DNA of 64,000 nt from an uncultured Bacteroidaceae bacterium (GTDB taxonomy: Bacteria > Bacteroidota > Bacteroidia > Bacteroidales > SM23-62): NCBI GenBank assembly GCA_964574985.1, contig CAZNPH010000008.1:13-64012 (forward strand), given 5' to 3'. Below, piece by piece: positions 62,969 through 64,000 of the stretch. The notes beneath the pieces are model-generated. The model had not been told where the DNA came from. It was given only the letters and a program-made list of their open reading frames with translations, and searched no databases. The translations under genes and the position numbers were made by a program. The first letter of the stretch is position 1; each line of letters begins with the position of its first letter.

Positions 62969-64000
62969 TCATCCACGGATATTTTCAATACGGCTTACCG
63001 ATTCCACACCCCTGATCTTCATCAGGTTCATGATCAGATTGTTTAAGTCTTTGGTATTGTGTACATAAAGATCGATGCTGCCTTCAAATATCCCGTCATG
63101 GCTGGCCAGGTCGATGTTGCGCATATTGACATCCAGCTCCTTGGAAATGACGGTGGTAATGTGATTGTATATTCCAAATTTGTCGATGCCCTTGATATGG
63201 ATCCTGGCCAGGTAGGAAAGGTTCTTGTGGGTAGTCCATTTCGCGGGTACTATCCGGTGAGACTGGCTGGAAATAAGCTTGATGGAATTGGGGCATTTTC
63301 GCTTGTGTATGACGATCGAATCATCCTGTCCCCGGTAACCGATCACATCATCACCGGGTATGGGGTTGCAGCATTTGGCCAGCATGTATTCTTCTTCTTC
63401 CGTTTCATCGATATTTTCCCTGAGGATGATCGGAGAGCCGGGGACCCGGTTATTTGTCCCGGTTTCATTTTTCACAGCTTCCTTCCTGTCCAACGACGTA
63501 AGGCCAAATTGCAGTCCCCAGTAACGGATCCATTTGCTGCGCGTGTTTCTTTTCAGGATCTTTTTCAGGTTGTCCAGGGTAATGATGCCGCTGCCGATCT
63601 TGCTGTATAATTCATCCTTTGAAACCACTTCATAGGCCGGCAGCAATTTCTTGAATATCCTCGAACTGGGGATCAGGTCCATTTCCCTCAGTCTCTCGTC
63701 AAGCAATCGTTTGCCTTTCTGAATTCGGTTCTTGTTTTCCGCCTTGAAGGCGGTTTTGATGGCTGATTTGGCTTTGGCGGTGATCACATATTTCAACCAT
63801 TCCCTCTTGGCTTTCTGATTGCCGGCGGTAAGAATCTCCACCTGATCCCCGCTGTTCAGCCGGTAATTGATGGGGACAAGTTTATGGTTGACCTTTGCCC
63901 CGATGGCCTTGTCCCCGATCTCCGTATGTATCTCATAGGCAAAATCGAGTGCCGTGGCATTTTTGGGCAATGTTTTAATCTGCCCCCTGGGAGTGAATAC
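62969..64000 (-). CDS. RelA/SpoT-family (p)ppGpp synthetase/hydrolase, C-terminal part (gene continues past the window end)
   Basis: The frame stays open to position 64000 (VFTPRGQIKTLPKNATALDFAYEIHTEIG, a TGS domain). The C-terminal ACT-like domain reads LARIHIKGIDKFGIYNHITTVISKEL. The 'M' at 63970 in the track is a TTG inside the gene. Confidence 0.9.
   Translation of the reverse strand, partial: VFTPRGQIKTLPKNATALDFAYEIHTEIGDKAIGAKVNHKLVPINYRLNSGDQVEILTAGNQKAKREWLKYVITAKAKSAIKTAFKAENKNRIQKGKRLLDERLREMDLIPSSRIFKKLLPAYEVVSKDELYSKIGSGIITLDNLKKILKRNTRSKWIRYWGLQFGLTSLDRKEAVKNETGTNNRVPGSPIILRENIDETEEEEYMLAKCCNPIPGDDVIGYRGQDDSIVIHKRKCPNSIKLISSQSHRIVPAKWTTHKNLSYLARIHIKGIDKFGIYNHITTVISKELDVNMRNIDLASHDGIFEGSIDLYVHNTKDLNNLIMNLMKIRGVESVSRIENIRG

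Overview
This window looks like a chromosomal segment of a Bacteroidota genome. Three things point that way: a T9SS C-terminal sorting domain, recurring TAnnTTTG (-7) promoter boxes, and a V-type ATPase operon carrying a DUF2764-like gene. Coding density is high.

Gene content, in order:
- A 4-gene cluster of TAT-signal carbohydrate enzymes.
- An orphan LuxR-type response regulator.
- A 7-gene V-type ATPase operon.
- A patatin-like lipase and an EF-G paralog.
- A decayed IS4-family transposase.
- A frameshifted GH78 rhamnosidase.
- A likely operon of a small His-rich membrane protein, a TonB-dependent receptor and a TAT-signal enolase-superfamily enzyme.
- A sugar-porter MFS transporter, an unknown secreted protein and a sulfatase.
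- tRNA-Ser(CGA) and a sulfatase relic.
- A BtuB-like receptor, a GH130 enzyme, a Zn-dependent alcohol dehydrogenase, an IF-2B-like protein and aat.
- A 1842-aa multi-PKD T9SS cargo protein.
- A TPR-SpoIIE phosphatase.
- Peptide uptake and hydrolysis genes (POT, OPT, PepD), nnr, metF and metH.
- An acyl-CoA ligase, an MFS transporter, purA, fur and a partial relA/spoT.

I saw no CRISPR array, rRNA, prophage or recognisable defense island.

The most interesting leads are:
- The TAT-exported oxidoreductase / TIM-barrel / GH5 module, which may be a periplasmic 3-keto-glycoside pathway.
- The His-rich-protein / receptor / periplasmic-enolase operon.
- A GC-rich structured element upstream of the BtuB-like receptor.
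- A sulfatase whose formylglycine motif reads CGPSL instead of CxPxR.

All calls rest on motif reading by eye. No database search was run.
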